A DNA stretch of 64,000 nucleotides from Dicyema japonicum (Eukaryota; Animalia; Dicyemida). Location: assembly GCA_011109175.1 (NCBI GenBank), contig RDEW01000020.1, forward strand, positions 1 to 64,000, read 5' to 3'. Under the pieces are notes generated by a model. That model was not told the DNA's origin and did not search any database. It saw only the letters and a program-made list of their open reading frames with translations. This document shows, in pieces, positions 23,411 through 37,129 of the stretch; position 1 is the first letter of the stretch; the number at the start of each line of letters is the position of its first letter. The translations under genes and the position numbers were made by a program.

Positions 23411-26166
23411 CCGTATTTGCCGGTGTATAAGTCGACCTTTTTCGATCAAAAATCGACCTCGACTAATACACCGAGTCATGAAATTCAACTTCGTATTCAT
23501 CGCTTCAAATATGATGGTACAGTGCAACCTCCATTTGGTGCGGACCTCCTTATTCGGGCACCCCCAGGTTTTGGGGCAGTTTGAAAATTAGATCATTTTT
23601 ATACAGTAATTTCCAAATTTGGAAATTACCTGAACCTCTTAGTGGGGCACTTAATTTTTTTAATTTATATAAAGTCTTGCAATTAATATTAAATTTAATT
23701 ATATTTAAAATTATATAAAATTTTCTTAAACTTCGCGTGCTTGATTTGTTGTCATGGGGAGAAGCTTACTCTAGAGTTAAGGCTTAAAATTGCCTGAGAA
23801 ATCAACGAAAATTGTTTCATGAGCGAACGAGATATTGTCAAAAAGTATAAAATTAGTAAAGGTTATCTGATAATTCTATTGTTTAGGAGCAGTATCTAGA
23901 ATTAAACAAAATTATATAAACTTTATAAATAATGGGTCCGTACAATCAAATTGTCTTAGTAAAATTTCACAGAGAAGAGACAGTCTGTCAAAGAAATTCG
24001 ATAAAATTGTTTATGAATGCTTTTTTAAAGCAAGGGAAGAATTTATTCCCGTTTCAGGACCTGTTCTTAAAAACATTGCTATAAAAGTAGCTAGGAATTT
24101 GAACTATACCTCATTCAGAGGTTCGAATGGTTGGCTTGAAAAATTTAAGAAAAGACACAATCTGTCATTTAAGACAATAAGTGGTGAAAAAAATTCGTGT
24201 GATATTTCTTGCCTTGGAATTTTTTTTGATAAGTACGATGACTATGTTAATAACTATGGCATTGAAAATATTTTCAACTGCGATGAAACGGGATTGTACA
24301 TTAAAGAATAACATCAAAATCATTTGTAACCTCAGATGAAGATTGTTTTGGAATTAAAAGGAGGAAAGAAAAAGTCACTATTCTTTTGTCGGTCAGTGCT
24401 TGTGGCGAAAAATTGAAGCCATTATTAATAGGAAAATATAAATCCCCACGTTGTATCAAAAATTTTAACCCTGTAGAGCCGGAGTTTTTTATTCGTTTTC
24501 TAAAAATTGTTGAATGACATCTGATATATTTATTACTTGGTTGAACATTGTCAACGAAGAAATGATTCAACACAACCGAAAAATTGTCCTTTTGCTTGAC
24601 AATGCAAGTTGTCACAAGAATAATCATTTTTCTAACATTGAGCTATTTTTTCTGTTAAAAAATGCAACATCATTAATTCAACCCTTAGATATGGGAGTTA
24701 TTAAATCGTTCAAATCCAATTATTTAAATAATTTGATGGATTTTACCCTATCTTTTGAGGATGATAAGTTTACAATGTTGAATTTAAAGCAAGTAAATCT
24801 CAGACAAATAATCATTATTGTTGGGAAGACAACAAATACACTCTGAATCAATTACTAATTGTTGGAAGAAAATTGATGTCGTTTTCAAACTCTCTCATTG
24901 GTGAATAATGAATTGGAGAGTTTAGATAACATAATTAAAGATATACTGAAAATGAAGTAGAAAATGATGACGAGAATATATACGACAGAGTAAAATGTAC
25001 CTATTCTCATTTGGAAACAATAACAGCGATGAATACACTTGAAGATAACATTTTCAATTTGTTTCCTGAAGCTTTGAAAGATTATTATAATTTCAGAAAA
25101 ATATTAGGAATGCAAATGAAAAAATCCGCAACCGGAGGGAAATTAACAGACTATTTTCCTATCGTTAAATAAATTTGTTTTTAATATAATTCTGAAAAAT
25201 CTATAAAATACATTATTTATCTATAAATTTAATAAAAAGCAAATTTAAATTGTTAAACTGTGGATAAATTTAAAGAAAATGCCGAACCTCCATTTTTGGG
25301 GAAACCTCTGTTTTTGGGGCATTTTTTTAAATAGGTGCCCCAAATAGAGGTCATACAGTAATTACTACACTCTTCACAAAAATTCTTGCAAAGATCAATT
25401 TAATTAAAAAAGTGAATGGTATAAAATGATAACTACGTTAGCAATTTACAATCATCCAAAAGGATGGATGAGGAGGGAATCAAGATCTGGATAGAAAAAG
25501 TATGGAACTATCGACCTGGAGGAATGTTAAAGAAGAAAAGTCTTCTCGTATGGGATTTTTTCAAAGCCCATCTAGTGGATTCCGTCAAAAGAAAACTTAA
25601 ATACAACAACACTGATGTCGCCGTTATTCCTGGTGGACTAACAAGTGTTGTGCAGCAACTTGATGTTTCTTTGAACAAGCCGTTCAAAGACAGATTGAGA
25701 GGAAATTGGAGTAATTGGATGATAGATGGCGAAAAGCAGTCACTAAAGGGGAGCCATGAAAGCACCCTTGTTAGAAATAATAAGTAGATGGATTAAAATG
25801 TCGTGGGATGATGTGTCGCTGTCTACTGTGGAACGCTCCTTTATGAAATGCTGTATTTCCAACCCTCTCTATGGACAGAAGACGACCTTATCTTGGAATA
25901 GGAGGAAACTGAGGATAAAGAAGACTAAGAAGATGTCCTTAATGACGACAGACTAAATGAAAATAAACGGAACGAGCTTCTTGGAAATAATGACGATGAA
26001 GACGGATTTTGAACTCTATGTAAGCACTTTATAATTCTAATTTATCGTTTCTTAACTAAAAATAAATCACTTTCTGTGTTCATTGTTGTTAGTCTCTCTC
26101 GGCGCGTAATATCACAGGGCTACATAGTAAATAGTAGGGGGTCGACTTATGCACCGGCAAATACGG
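23411..26166 (+). mobile_element. pogo transposon (POGK/Passer-like), defective
   Basis: 27-bp TIRs CCGTATTTGCCGGTG(T/C)ATAAGTCGACC with TA TSD. Transposase fragment 25464-25956 reads LLVWDFFKAH...IPGGLTSVVQQLDVSLNKPFK. Confidence 0.85.
23520..25358 (+). mobile_element. Tigger-like transposon, degenerate, near full length
   Basis: TA-flanked imperfect TIRs; CENP-B HTH (GSNGWLEKFKKRH), IFNCDETGL, LLLDNASCH, LIQPLDMGVIKSFK. Confidence 0.85.
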
Positions 26167-26559
26167 TAAGAAATTGTACTCTGGCACAATCGAGGTCATA
26201 AGCATCGACAATATTGAATCAAGATGAGACTGTTTGAGCACGTGCTTAGAATTGACATAAACGCCCTTTGGAAATATAATAATGGAATTACTTTAACAAT
26301 GAGAACAAACCATCGTTCAGAGGAAGGCTTAGAGTCACTCTCCCTGTGGCTCTGAACAAGGATCTTAATGGAATTGGAAGAAAACTTAAATTTACAGAAG
26401 ACCTAGAAGATCTACGAACAGATGCACACAGCAGAGGCTGATGGAGACGTCTAGTGGAAAAAAATTCGAAACATGTGACACAAACGGGATTTTAGTTTTT
26501 ACAACGTTCTTTGGTTCTGTGAAAGTGTTTTTAAAAAAAATACCATTCGAAAATATAGT

Positions 26560-27072
26560 GCCTGTGCAACTGACGGTGAATGGCCATGGTGGAAAATATC
26601 GTGGATTTATGAAATTTTAAAACAAAAAAACCCAAATAAGATATTTGTTCATTGAATTTTGCACATGCACAATTTGGTCGAAATCGTCTTTTCCATGAAT
26701 ATTGTGATCAAGGAAAAGATTATGTTCTTTTGCTTCTACATTCAAAAATTAGATGGTTCTCAAAAGGAAATAGTTTTGGATATGTTTTTTAAATTTTTTG
26801 ATTTTACTGTAACTTTTTTGAAAAAGGATTTAGGATATAATTTTTTGGAAAAGGACTCAACGAGTAAGAAGCAGAATAATTTAAGTATCTGCGAAAGAGG
26901 GGATATCAGACTCGCTCTTGCTAAAAAACCCCCAAATATAGAACATCTGGTAAACCTTCACAAGGTCAAGGATACATTAAATTTTTTTTAATAAAAATAC
27001 TAATTAATTATTACTATAAGGGGCAAAAATTTTTTCATATGGGTGATACGAAAAAAAGGTTGAGAAACACTG
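26560..27072 (+). mobile_element. hAT (Charlie/Buster-like) 3' fragment with right TIR
   Basis: ICERGDIRLALAKKPPNIEHLV; ends GGTTGAGAAACACTG, the reverse complement of a CAGTGTTTCTCAACC TIR. Confidence 0.7.
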
Positions 27073-27149
27073 ACATAGCCTATTGACTTGATCTAGGAGA
27101 TGGGCCAGACCAGACGGGAAGACGATCTTCACATTTAAAAAGGACGATC

Positions 27150-27280
27150 TCTCGCATGAAATGTCATTTGAGACATCGAGTGCGGTCAGGTTTGTCACCA
27201 GAGGTGTTCTCCGACTGATTGGAAACATAATCTCCTCAAGACTTGGAGATTCTCGGGAGCGGAGTTGGTTCCGCTTGGAA
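27150..27280 (+). mobile_element. CRE-clade 3' fragment
   Basis: FETSSAV...IGNIISSRLGDSRERSWFR. Confidence 0.6.
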
Positions 27281-27419
27281 TTTTACTATGTTAACCTGAA
27301 ATACAAGGTTAATTATGCATACATGTCGCAACATAATAATTTGGCATATGTTTGGATAATCTATAAAAACAAGCTGGTAACATAAACATTATAAAAATCA
27401 AAAAAAATAATAAAATAAA

Positions 27420-28409
27420 ATGTTTCTAATATTATTGGTAAACTTGATAAATTCAAGTAAACTAAATAAAATATTTAAGGGAATGAAATTTGTTATAATG
27501 ATAAGTGCTATACTCTTGTTAAAGAAAAACTGGATTATTTAGATGCTGAGAACTATTGTAAGGACATTGGGGTACATTGGCTGTCATCAATAATGGAGCA
27601 TTAAATAAATTTTTAATTGGTGATTTTTGTTATTTTATTGAGACTATTTCTATCGTCCATACAAGAAATACATTTATATTGGAGTAAACGACAGAATAAA
27701 ATCAGGACATTATGTAAACAGCCACAATCAGGAACAAGTACAATATTTAATATAATTTAGAAATATTTCTACTGGGGGAGTGATGAACCTAGTCGCAATG
27801 GTGGGAATGAGCATTGTGTTCACTTTTATCATACTGGTGGAGAGTGGAACGACAATGATTGCTCCACAAAAATGGCATTTTTATGTGAAACACCAAGTTT
27901 TATGTTTATTTCATCTTAAAGGGAATGAGATCTGCTCAAAGGAATCTAAAAAGTGTTATAAATTTTTCAAAAACCGGATAATTGATTACTCCGATGCTGA
28001 AGATTTTTGTGTAAAGTATGGTGGAAGATTGGTTACAATCAACTCAGAAAAGGAAAATAAATTTATAGGTGATAGTTTTCAGGGAGTTAAAAATTTTTAT
28101 ATTGGCGCCAGAAATTTGATTAATTCAGGGAAATCATTGTACAATTCAAATAATGAACTTCAAGTAAATTTTAAATTTAATAGAATTATAAAAATTATCA
28201 CAGCGAATACAAATTTGATAGTTCGAAAAAATGTGCAGTTTTTAACGAAAATCAACAATGGGATATGGTGTCATGCAATGAGTTCCTTCCATTTTTGTGC
28301 GAAAAGAAATGTTTCTTTCAGTAAGTTATTGTAGTGCCTACACTCGAGTGCAAGATCGATAAATACGCAGAATTTAAATTTTAACAGCATTAAATTACTA
28401 ACAACATAA
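27420..28409 (+). CDS. C-type lectin with two CTLDs and tiny introns
   Basis: CYTLVKEKLDYLDAENYC, YIGVND, WGSDEPS, EHCVHF, WNDNDC. Second domain: CYKFF...DAEDFCVKYGGRLVTINSEKEN...WDMVSC...FLCEK. Confidence 0.85.
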
Positions 28410-29169
28410 CAATACTACCATAATTGTTGTTGTTTGATTATAATAAATATTAATTATTTTACGATTTAAATAAATAAAATTAAATGCTCTCTCTTTACCT
28501 TCTCATATATGACCACTCTTGTCCTCCCTGATCCATCTGACTAATCTCTGGGAGCGTTCACTTGTTTCTTTTATGTTTCCGTTACAAATCAGTTTTCTCC
28601 ATTTAAAGGTACGGGGATAAAATATCTTTGATTCCGTTTGGGATAACTTTGTTCATTAACATTGTACTCAATCGTATTTATAGTGATCATTCTATTTGGT
28701 TTCAGGTCACATTTTCTTGAACCATTAATGATTTTTTGGACATTTTAAACAAGACCAGAAATTTATTTATTTTTTATTTACCCCTAGTCCCTTCGAGTGA
28801 AAGAAACCGGTACTAACAAAAACGTCACAGTCAAGAGCGGATGCTTCGGAGGTCCGACAGGTGTATTTTGTTCCGTGCAGAACTCTGAGACCAGAAAAGA
28901 TCAAGACATCTAATCAATATTATTTGGTTAAACTTTAACTAAAATATTTTAATTTTCTAAAAGCTAATCAAAAACTTTATTAAAATATAGAATAATGTAA
29001 TTCAAAACGTTTTCAGCTTAAAAATTTCGGTCTTTAGATAATTTTATAAATAATAAAAATCTTTACAGAATAGATATTTAGTAGATTTTTCAAATTGTCG
29101 TACATGCATGAGAAATTTTTTTTCATTTTGTAATATAAAAATAACTTTGAACTAATTAATTAATCGTAA

Positions 29170-29720
29170 GATCGGCTCCATGATTCAAGCTGTGACCAAG
29201 GATCCGCGAGAGACTGGTTGGTTCCGAGAACGTATCTCGTTGGCTATTGTTAGGGGAAATAGCATGGCCATTCAGATGCCTTAATTTAATTTTTATTCAT
29301 TTCATAATAAAATTTCTTTCATTAAAAAAATAATTAATTAATTGAAAAATATTAACAGAAAATCTTGATTCTAGATATTTCTTAATTTCGAATAAATCGT
29401 ACTAAAATTGAATTTTTGAAAATTCTTGCTGCGTCTCCTACTGTGAAGTAAGTTTTTCCTGTCATCGTTATCAATTTATTAACTAAATTGATAAGTAGAT
29501 GAATTGGTCCCTAGTTCATTTTAATAGATTACTTTCAAGCATCTTTCTATTAAAATTGTATTTTCAACAAAATTAAAGTTATTTTTTACTTCAAAAAAAA
29601 TTTACAATGACCCTAATGAGCTGGTTATTTGAGCAAATCTCGCTCGCCATCCTGAGAGGAAATAGCCACGCAGCCAGGGCAGCCGCTATATAACCGTTTA
29701 CTCTCTTTTTTTCCTTTTAT
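29170..29720 (+). mobile_element. Two CRE-clade 3' stubs (29170-29300, 29620-29720)
   Basis: KDPRETGWFRERISLAIVRGNSMAI and WLFEQISLAILRGNSHAA. Confidence 0.65.
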
Positions 29721-30654
29721 AATTATATTCAACAATTTCAAGACAACTCCCCACTCTGACCAAAATTATTTTTGGTATATAACTTTTGATTTATAGAATT
29801 TTTTGATTTAAAATTAATTTTTTAAGTTTTAAACAATTTTAAAAAACATATGAATTTTTGACTTTATTGACAAAAATCGTTTTAATTACTATTAATTTTT
29901 CCTTTTGAGGTGATATTTTCCTAATTACTATTAATTTTTCCTTTTGAGGTTTTTTTTTCTTCTTCAATATCTCTTAATTTTAAAACTAGACATTTTATGA
30001 ATATTACAATGTAATAGGAACCATAAAAATAATAATAAAATTTTTTTCTGAATAAATTCTCAATTTGATTGAGAAATGGCGAGTAAGGGTTAATGGAACA
30101 TGGAGATTGTGCGCATAATAATGAATACAGGCATCAAAGACAATTCCCTCTTCATAACAAAGATTTTAAGGATTCCAGAAAAATTAGTCATTGATACAAT
30201 TTCTGGTTCTGATGGTCCCTACAGGGATAAAGGTAGAAGATCCTGAAACAGCTCTTCTCGTCTTGGTCTTTAGGATACTGAAAACCCGACCTCATTATGA
30301 GTTTTAAGATGTTTTTTTATCCAAAAATATATTTACCCACATCCCAGTGTTAATGAATAGAAAGTGATGCTAATATTCGGAAAGTGACGTAATGGTCGGG
30401 AAACCTTATAATAATGGGTTTAACTCATGCGTTCTTGACATATATAAAAATATCCTGTTTTATCCAAATTGTAAACATGGTCAGGTGAGTATGTCTTATA
30501 AACTTCATCAAATTCTTAAGAAATTCAATTACATCCACATGTTTTCAGAAGATATTTCTCTTTCAGAGGAATTTATCTTTTTTTTAAATTCTAACTGTTA
30601 GTTTTTGTGTTATAATTAATTGTTTTTTAAAGTTTTTTTTAATTATTTTAAACT

Positions 30655-31830
30655 CCAAGACCACCAAGAAAGAATGTATTAACTCGCTAATTAAGTGATC
30701 CCAGCTTCCAACATCACTCAATTTTCTTCGAATGCTCCGCCAGTGATCAACTGTATTCCTGAATTATATTGTAGTGCATTTTTTTATTGCAGATCTGAAT
30801 TCCTCCGCATGGACCTCCCTTTCTCTGAATGGGTTCCCTAGCTCCTTGCAGATACGTAGAAGCCCTGGTCATTTCTCAACTTCGCCGTCTCTGAAAGGTG
30901 TCTGATTGCATGTCATACGCTCGGCCTGAGAGAGTTCATACGCTCGACCTTCGAAGATGGAAGAGTGAATCTCCAAGCAAAATAGGCATATTCAATCGTC
31001 GGCACAAGATATAGTTTGCTGATACAAGCAGTAGGTGGGAAGGGGATCTTCTTTATGGTGGCTTTTAGGACGTTCCATTTTTGAAGACATTTGGTTAACA
31101 CTTCCTTCGTGCGACTGATAAACGTCATAAGAGAGTCGAATGCCACTTCAAAGATCTTCTGGATTCACGCATAATGAATGGGAATATTTCCGAGGAATAT
31201 CTCAAGTCCACCTTTAAATTTTCTGTCCGTAGTGAATAAAGTGAACAGAGACTTGGATGCAAACACTGGCAGCAAACTCACGGATAGCCAATCACACATC
31301 TGGTTGAGGTGTGACTGAACCACCGCCTTGGAAGGAGATTTGGCCCTTGCAGCGATAATCAGGTCGTCCGCGTAAATTAAAAATAGTGTCCTGATCTTTG
31401 ATAATAGGCAAATCGTGTAGAAATAAGTTAAATAGGAGAGGAGATAGATGGGGGACTTTGTGGGACCTCATTAGGAGTAGTCTTAATTGAAGTAATTTTT
31501 CCAATCCAGACTCTTCCACGTCGGCCAGTTAGAAATTTTCCAGCCATAGAATTAAGCCAGAAAATAGATCTTGACTGGCCAATGCAGACACACCCTCTCC
31601 GACCACTAAGGAGGTTAGCAAACGAGAGCTTAAGCTTTCCAGGGATCTTTGTTTGGTAAAATTTCCAAGTAAGAATCCTCCTTGACACAGAGTCAAAAGC
31701 TTTGTGGACGTCTATGGAGCAAAGCACAGTCTTCATGTGTTCCGCCCTGTTCGATAAAGTTAGTAAATGCAGATAGGTGAGTCGAAGTAGACCTCTCCTC
31801 TTTAAAACCACGTTGAAATGAAAAGTCTGT
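30655..31830 (-). mobile_element. Ingi/Vingi-like LINE, RT to 3' end
   Basis: TVLCSIDVHKAFDSVSR, EVPQS...LSPLLFNLFLHDLP, IYADDLII, YLVPTIEYAYFAW and the family 3' tail. Confidence 0.8.
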
Positions 31831-31919
31831 ATGAAGCCGGGTCCTTTATCACTTTTCGTGTTTCAAGGCCTTGTCTTTTAAAAAATTAGAAATAATATTA
31901 AATATTAAATCAATTTTAA

Positions 31920-33150
31920 TGACCTTACCCCTACATTCCCCGGATACAAGGCTATCAGGATAGGACGTAAAGAGAGAATAGGTGGAAGTCTGCTCATTTT
32001 ATTCAAAAAGAACCTGAAATGCAGAGACATTTCGGAAGTGAGCAAACTTGTTAGGGATGATGAGGTTACCTAAATAATTGAAATCTCGGGACAATGAAAG
32101 GAAGGCTATGCCTTGTGGATATCTATATTCTGCCTCTTGTCCGAAGGGGTAAGTTATGCAAAACCTATCAAGACTGGCTTCTTTCGATGAGATCATCATC
32201 AGCCTACCTCGCCCGACGCAATACTCTGTTCCAAGTCACTTTCGTCGAAAATTGATTAGTCAGTCTTCTACGAAACAAGAAGCGTCCATAATCTGATTGT
32301 GCAGATCAAGAGAGGTCAACGTGAGGAGAATTACTAGCAGCTACAATTACAAAGGTGCTAACTAGAAATTTTACTCTAACTTGTTTTATTAAAACACAAA
32401 AATCAATCAAAAATGGTCCCGCCGATATAATCGACGTTGACTTGCCTCTCGCGATCGCAACAGGATCAACTGGATAAGCCACCGAGTCCCACGTGCGTCG
32501 TGACTTTTTAGTGTAGCTAAACGTCCAAGTGGAAAATTGTATCCTGAAATCTCGAGAAACAGAATGAAGAATTGTTATCGATAGCTTCAGTTTTCTGGAG
32601 AATGCCATTAGCCACTTCACCCACATAATCTTGGAAGAAGATCAATGGCTATACCCTCGATTAAACTCGTCGAATGGTAGTGGAAAGACGACCTTGATTA
32701 AAGAAATAAATCAACTTAAAAAATCTGACCGAATTAGCTTGGAAATGAAACTCCGAATCAGAGCATTGAATAATGAAATGAAGGCCAAAGAGCTCAGGCC
32801 CAGAGGTTGAAGTGGAATCTGTGCTTACACAGTAAACATGAATCGCACTAACGGGGAAGTGATGAAAGCTATTCAAAATGTGACAAAAGCGAGAATATTT
32901 CGTTTGAAACACGCACTAATACGGCCAATATTGAAGGTGTCGCTACTGTGTTCCATGTCTGAACCTGGAGAGGCTTGTGCTCAGAAGAATAAGAGAATTA
33001 TTACCAGAGATGGCTTTTCAACACGGATTCAAATGAGAGATCCACATTTACATAATATCGATCGACTTTATTAGAGTCGGATTTGCAAACAAGCCGAGGC
33101 ACTTAAAAACAGTGCTCTGCTCGATTGACATACACAAAATGTTTGACCTA
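31920..33150 (+). mobile_element. Highly degenerate Ingi/Vingi-like LINE (APE to RT start)
   Basis: PTFPGYKAIR...GGSLLILFK near the start and KTVLCSIDIHKMFD near the end. Confidence 0.6.
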
Positions 33151-33614
33151 GCTTGATATCATCAACATCTTTATTACTTCATTTGGGACACGTGTTATGA
33201 AATACAAAGAAACTTGGAGATTCTTATCATAAAATTCGACTGCAGACAAACAAGTACACAAATTTACTAATTTATAATAGATCCTTGATTTTATAATTTC
33301 ATTATATTTTGAGTCCATCTATATCAAAGTTTCAATGTCTGTTGTAGATTGTTTGATCTTTGCCGATAATAATTACTGTGATTGATTTCGTCTAGATTTT
33401 AGTAGTAAATTGTGTAAGATTGCTAATCATTTAGGACTACGAGGAAGAAGAAAAGTCTCAATAACTGGGTGATTGGATCTCATATACCTTTCTTGCATGT
33501 TCCCTAAACGACGCCGTCCTTCAAAAATGTCTCCGCTTGTGTGAGTCAGACTGCTTTTATTTACATTTGTTGAATGTTTGATTTGAATATATCGTTAGTA
33601 TCCTAGCAACGGGA

Positions 33615-36600
33615 ATGGACTATAAGGAACCTCTGGTATTTTGCAACTAATATGTCAAGGAAATAAAATGGGCCTATGGGATCAACCATAACACAGGAAT
33701 GCACGACATTAGTGACAAACAACACAACGTTGTAGCATATGCCTCCTCCAATATATGTGTTCTATACGACTATGACAATAATACACAGAAAATACTAAGA
33801 GGACATGTTCACTTCAATTTGGGTATTTAGATTGAGGAAATTACTCAATCTGTGTGAGCAGTGACCGACAGTGGATGGCTAGTGGGGACAGTTCCACAAA
33901 CTGTGTTTCACTCATCGTTTGGAATACAGCCACGAGGTGCTCTTCTACTGTAATACTAGCGAGCCAATAAGACTGATCAATCCAGGTTTTATTGGGGGAT
34001 AAAATGCGTCGCCTTTAGCAAAAATGCAAAAGTTTTTAGCCGCCATTAGTGCCTCTACCCCACAGGTAATGACTCCTTATAACAGAAAATGCCGTTGGGA
34101 GTGGTCACTGAACCAGGAGGAGCCGAACTACCAGATAGAACTACCACATGACATATCACTCCAGGCATTCTTTATACTTAGATTAGACCTATGTTTACTT
34201 TTGTTCCACCAACGACACGTATCTGATTTCGAATGGAGAGACACGTGTGGTGTTTTACAGCTTGATCGTAAATGTGGTGAACTTCCTTGTAGACCAACAC
34301 ATATACTACTACTCCCCCGTTCTGACTGATGAGGACTTTCGTACTACTGTGGGGAGATTCAGCCAGTCTCTATTCCTGTTGGACTCAACTTCTGCCATAA
34401 CAGCGACCTCGGCTGGTTTGCTGGTCCTTTGGAGAAAAAACAACGCAGACAAAGGTGGATAATGTCTGCAATTGTAGACTGCGACTCAGAAATAGTGAAA
34501 TATGCAGAGAAAATGATCAATCTCCAAGAAAATGCAATCAACTGCCTCGTGGAGATTGACTCCTTCATTGCGACTGGGGATTCGAGTGGGCAAATAAAAT
34601 TTTACGACCAAAACTTCAGAATCGTCTTTTGGTGAGAATCTAAATTACTTGAGGTACCGAAATCTGCATCTACGCTCCATTCAATACATTTCCTTCTGTA
34701 AGGAACGACTGCCACGTGTGTAGAGATCATAAATCAACGCTTTAGACAGCCAGACAAGAAGGACACCATCACCAATGCAATATCAGAAAACACGGGACTG
34801 GACACTGTCCCCGTATTGGTGGGGACTCAGCAGGGAGTGTATGTGAAGTTCTGGAATGATGGGAGAGACAGCAAAGTAGCCATTAATATCAGCTGAGGTG
34901 ATTCTGAGGGAGACTAAGGGAGGAATTGCTTGCATGGCGGTTCATCCGACTAAGCCTTTGATAGCCCTCGGGGGAACTTTGGACTGTTCAAGCTGTGTGA
35001 CTACGATTTAAAGTAAAATACAGCAAAGACGTAGAACCGACATTGCCACGCGAAAATTCCCCAAGAATTTGAAATTAAACTGCTGCTGCTTTAATTCTGG
35101 GGGAAATATCCTCGGTTTATGATGACTTTTATGTTAGCCGTCGGATTCAGCAATGGTAAGATTCAAATACTATCGGCCTTCTCATTGCAGGACACGGGAC
35201 ATCAACTCTCGCAGATAAGCCAGGTGGAGATTACAAAACTGCTGTTCTCCCCCGATTCATCCTTCCTTGTGGCTTCTGTACGGGTTTGGTTGATTTGAGG
35301 ATTCTTCACACTCGATAATGGCCTTCAAAATAACCTCAAACGGGAGTGACCTCAAATTTGACTTGATATCACGTTGCAGAGCTCATTACAAGAAAATAAT
35401 CGACATGAAGTTCTTCTCAGCAACTCAACCATCCAACCTGATCACTGTGGGGGAGGACAAACGACTCGTCCATTACATTCTCAACGAAAACATGTCCGAC
35501 TCGTGTGATTCCAATAACATTCACACCATCGAGCAATTGGCGACACCCACGTGTTTTACAATCTCCCCACATTTCTCCGAAGAGAGTTTTTACATCACAG
35601 CTAATAATCAGGCATATCTCTTTGATCATTGATAGTTCAAAGTCAAATTATACAACACAAAGACTTTGATGTGCCGAAAGACGGTGATAGGTCCCCTTTA
35701 CAGCTCTCCTCTACAAAAGTAGTCTCCACTGCTAAACATTCAGAATGTTAGTACTACCGTGGCAGAATGAAGGGAGATATTGTATACTGTTCATCAACAA
35801 GACACACATTGGAATACAAATAGTGCCCTTGGATGGAAACCCCTATAGCTCGATAGCAAACATAGCCCATTCCACCGGGGTCTTCCGTGTCCTCACTGTA
35901 GATCGCGGACGTGGCCATTAGTGGGGACTCCATATTCACTTCAGGATCATACGATGGCTCTGTTTTCATGTGGAATGTGAACCCAGAGTTGGAATATTTC
36001 ATTACTAGAATACTTGATGATACTTATAAGGCAAACATGAAAATCGAGCCTTACCTGTCTTTACTTCCAGAAGGAAAGGCGGGGGAGATCTACCAAACCC
36101 TGGAAGATAATTTTATATACTGCATGATTCGGAGGTTCACTTTGATACCGAATTACAGCATGGGAGTACGAATAAAGGAAAGAAGAGAACTCCCCCAGTG
36201 TATTGGTCTCGACCAAATCCCCAACTTTATGCGGGCCATCGGATTCTATCCGACGGAAGAGGAGATCGAGAATGTGTCGAACCAAGTCCGCTTCTCAAAC
36301 TATCACAACTCCCGCCAACTGACGGACAAAATAGAGTTTGTGGATCTGCTAAAACGTTGCATTCATTATAATCCCAGTTTATCTAAATCATAGAAATTTA
36401 AAGGACGTGGGGGAAGAATTGATTAAACAAGCGGCAGACTATTTGTCTCCCGAGAATGAGTTGAAAGATTTAGTAGATAAGCTCAAAACACATGGTTTGT
36501 GTGGTTTTAAGTAAAATAGGAGAGAAAATGCTTGAAAGTGAGATTGAAATGATTTATGATCAACTCCAACAAAACCACCAAAATGTTAGTTTTGAGGACC

Positions 36601-36623
36601 TCTTAAATTACATAATAAATTAA
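33615..36623 (+). CDS. CFAP251: Cilia- and flagella-associated protein 251 (WD40 repeats plus EF-hand-like tail)
   Basis: KWAYGIN, QKILRGH, GQIKFYDQNFRIVFW, FKVKLYNTKTLMCRKTVIGP, IPNFMRAIGFYPTEEEIEN, LYLNHR. Many 20-25 nt introns; several 1-nt frameshifts. Confidence 0.9.
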
Positions 36624-36659
36624 TAATATTAATATATTAATTGTTTGAATTAATATATC

Positions 36660-37115
36660 TTAATGGTTGCAACAAACAATCGCGCCTGCCATTGAGTATG
36701 CCTCCGTTGCATGGAGATTCGGGCTATCGGAGTCTATGGTCCAAAGAATCAACTCGATATACCGGAAAACAATCAGTATGCTTTGCCCACGTAATGGATC
36801 AACAGTCGACCCACTACTCATGGAAGCTAAGATCTGTAGTCGTGGCTCCGGATTTCTTCGCGTCTGTGAAGAAGATGGAAATCCGCTTCGCCTGATCCTT
36901 CCCATGGCAAGAGAAAACCGATTGGATAAGAAATTCCCCTCCCCGATCGGATTCCTCTGCAAGACCGAGAGAAGGCTCTTCCGGAAAGTAGTGGGGACGA
37001 TGGAAGATCACAGACGTCGAATGGTACAAGTGATTGCGAGGACTGGGATCACCTAACTGTTTGACTCTTTTGTCTTTCTTTCTCGGTGTTCCCGGGGTTA
37101 TTAAAAAAATAAATA
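36660..37115 (+). mobile_element. Ingi/Vingi-like LINE 3' fragment
   Basis: QQTIAPAIEYASVAW...ARTGIT*; tail TTTCTCGGTGTTCCCGGGGTTA followed by an A-rich run. Confidence 0.75.
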
Positions 37116-37129
37116 AAATGGTTGCAACG

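Larger units (their letters stand above)
22700..26530 (+). mobile_element. Degenerate RTE-like LINE split by the pogo insertion (22700-23410 and 26167-26530)
   Basis: SDQKLLVA (APE end), FMYNSGTWG...WPKKISN | KKLY..., then FEHVLR and FRGRLRVTLPVALNKDL. Confidence 0.7.
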
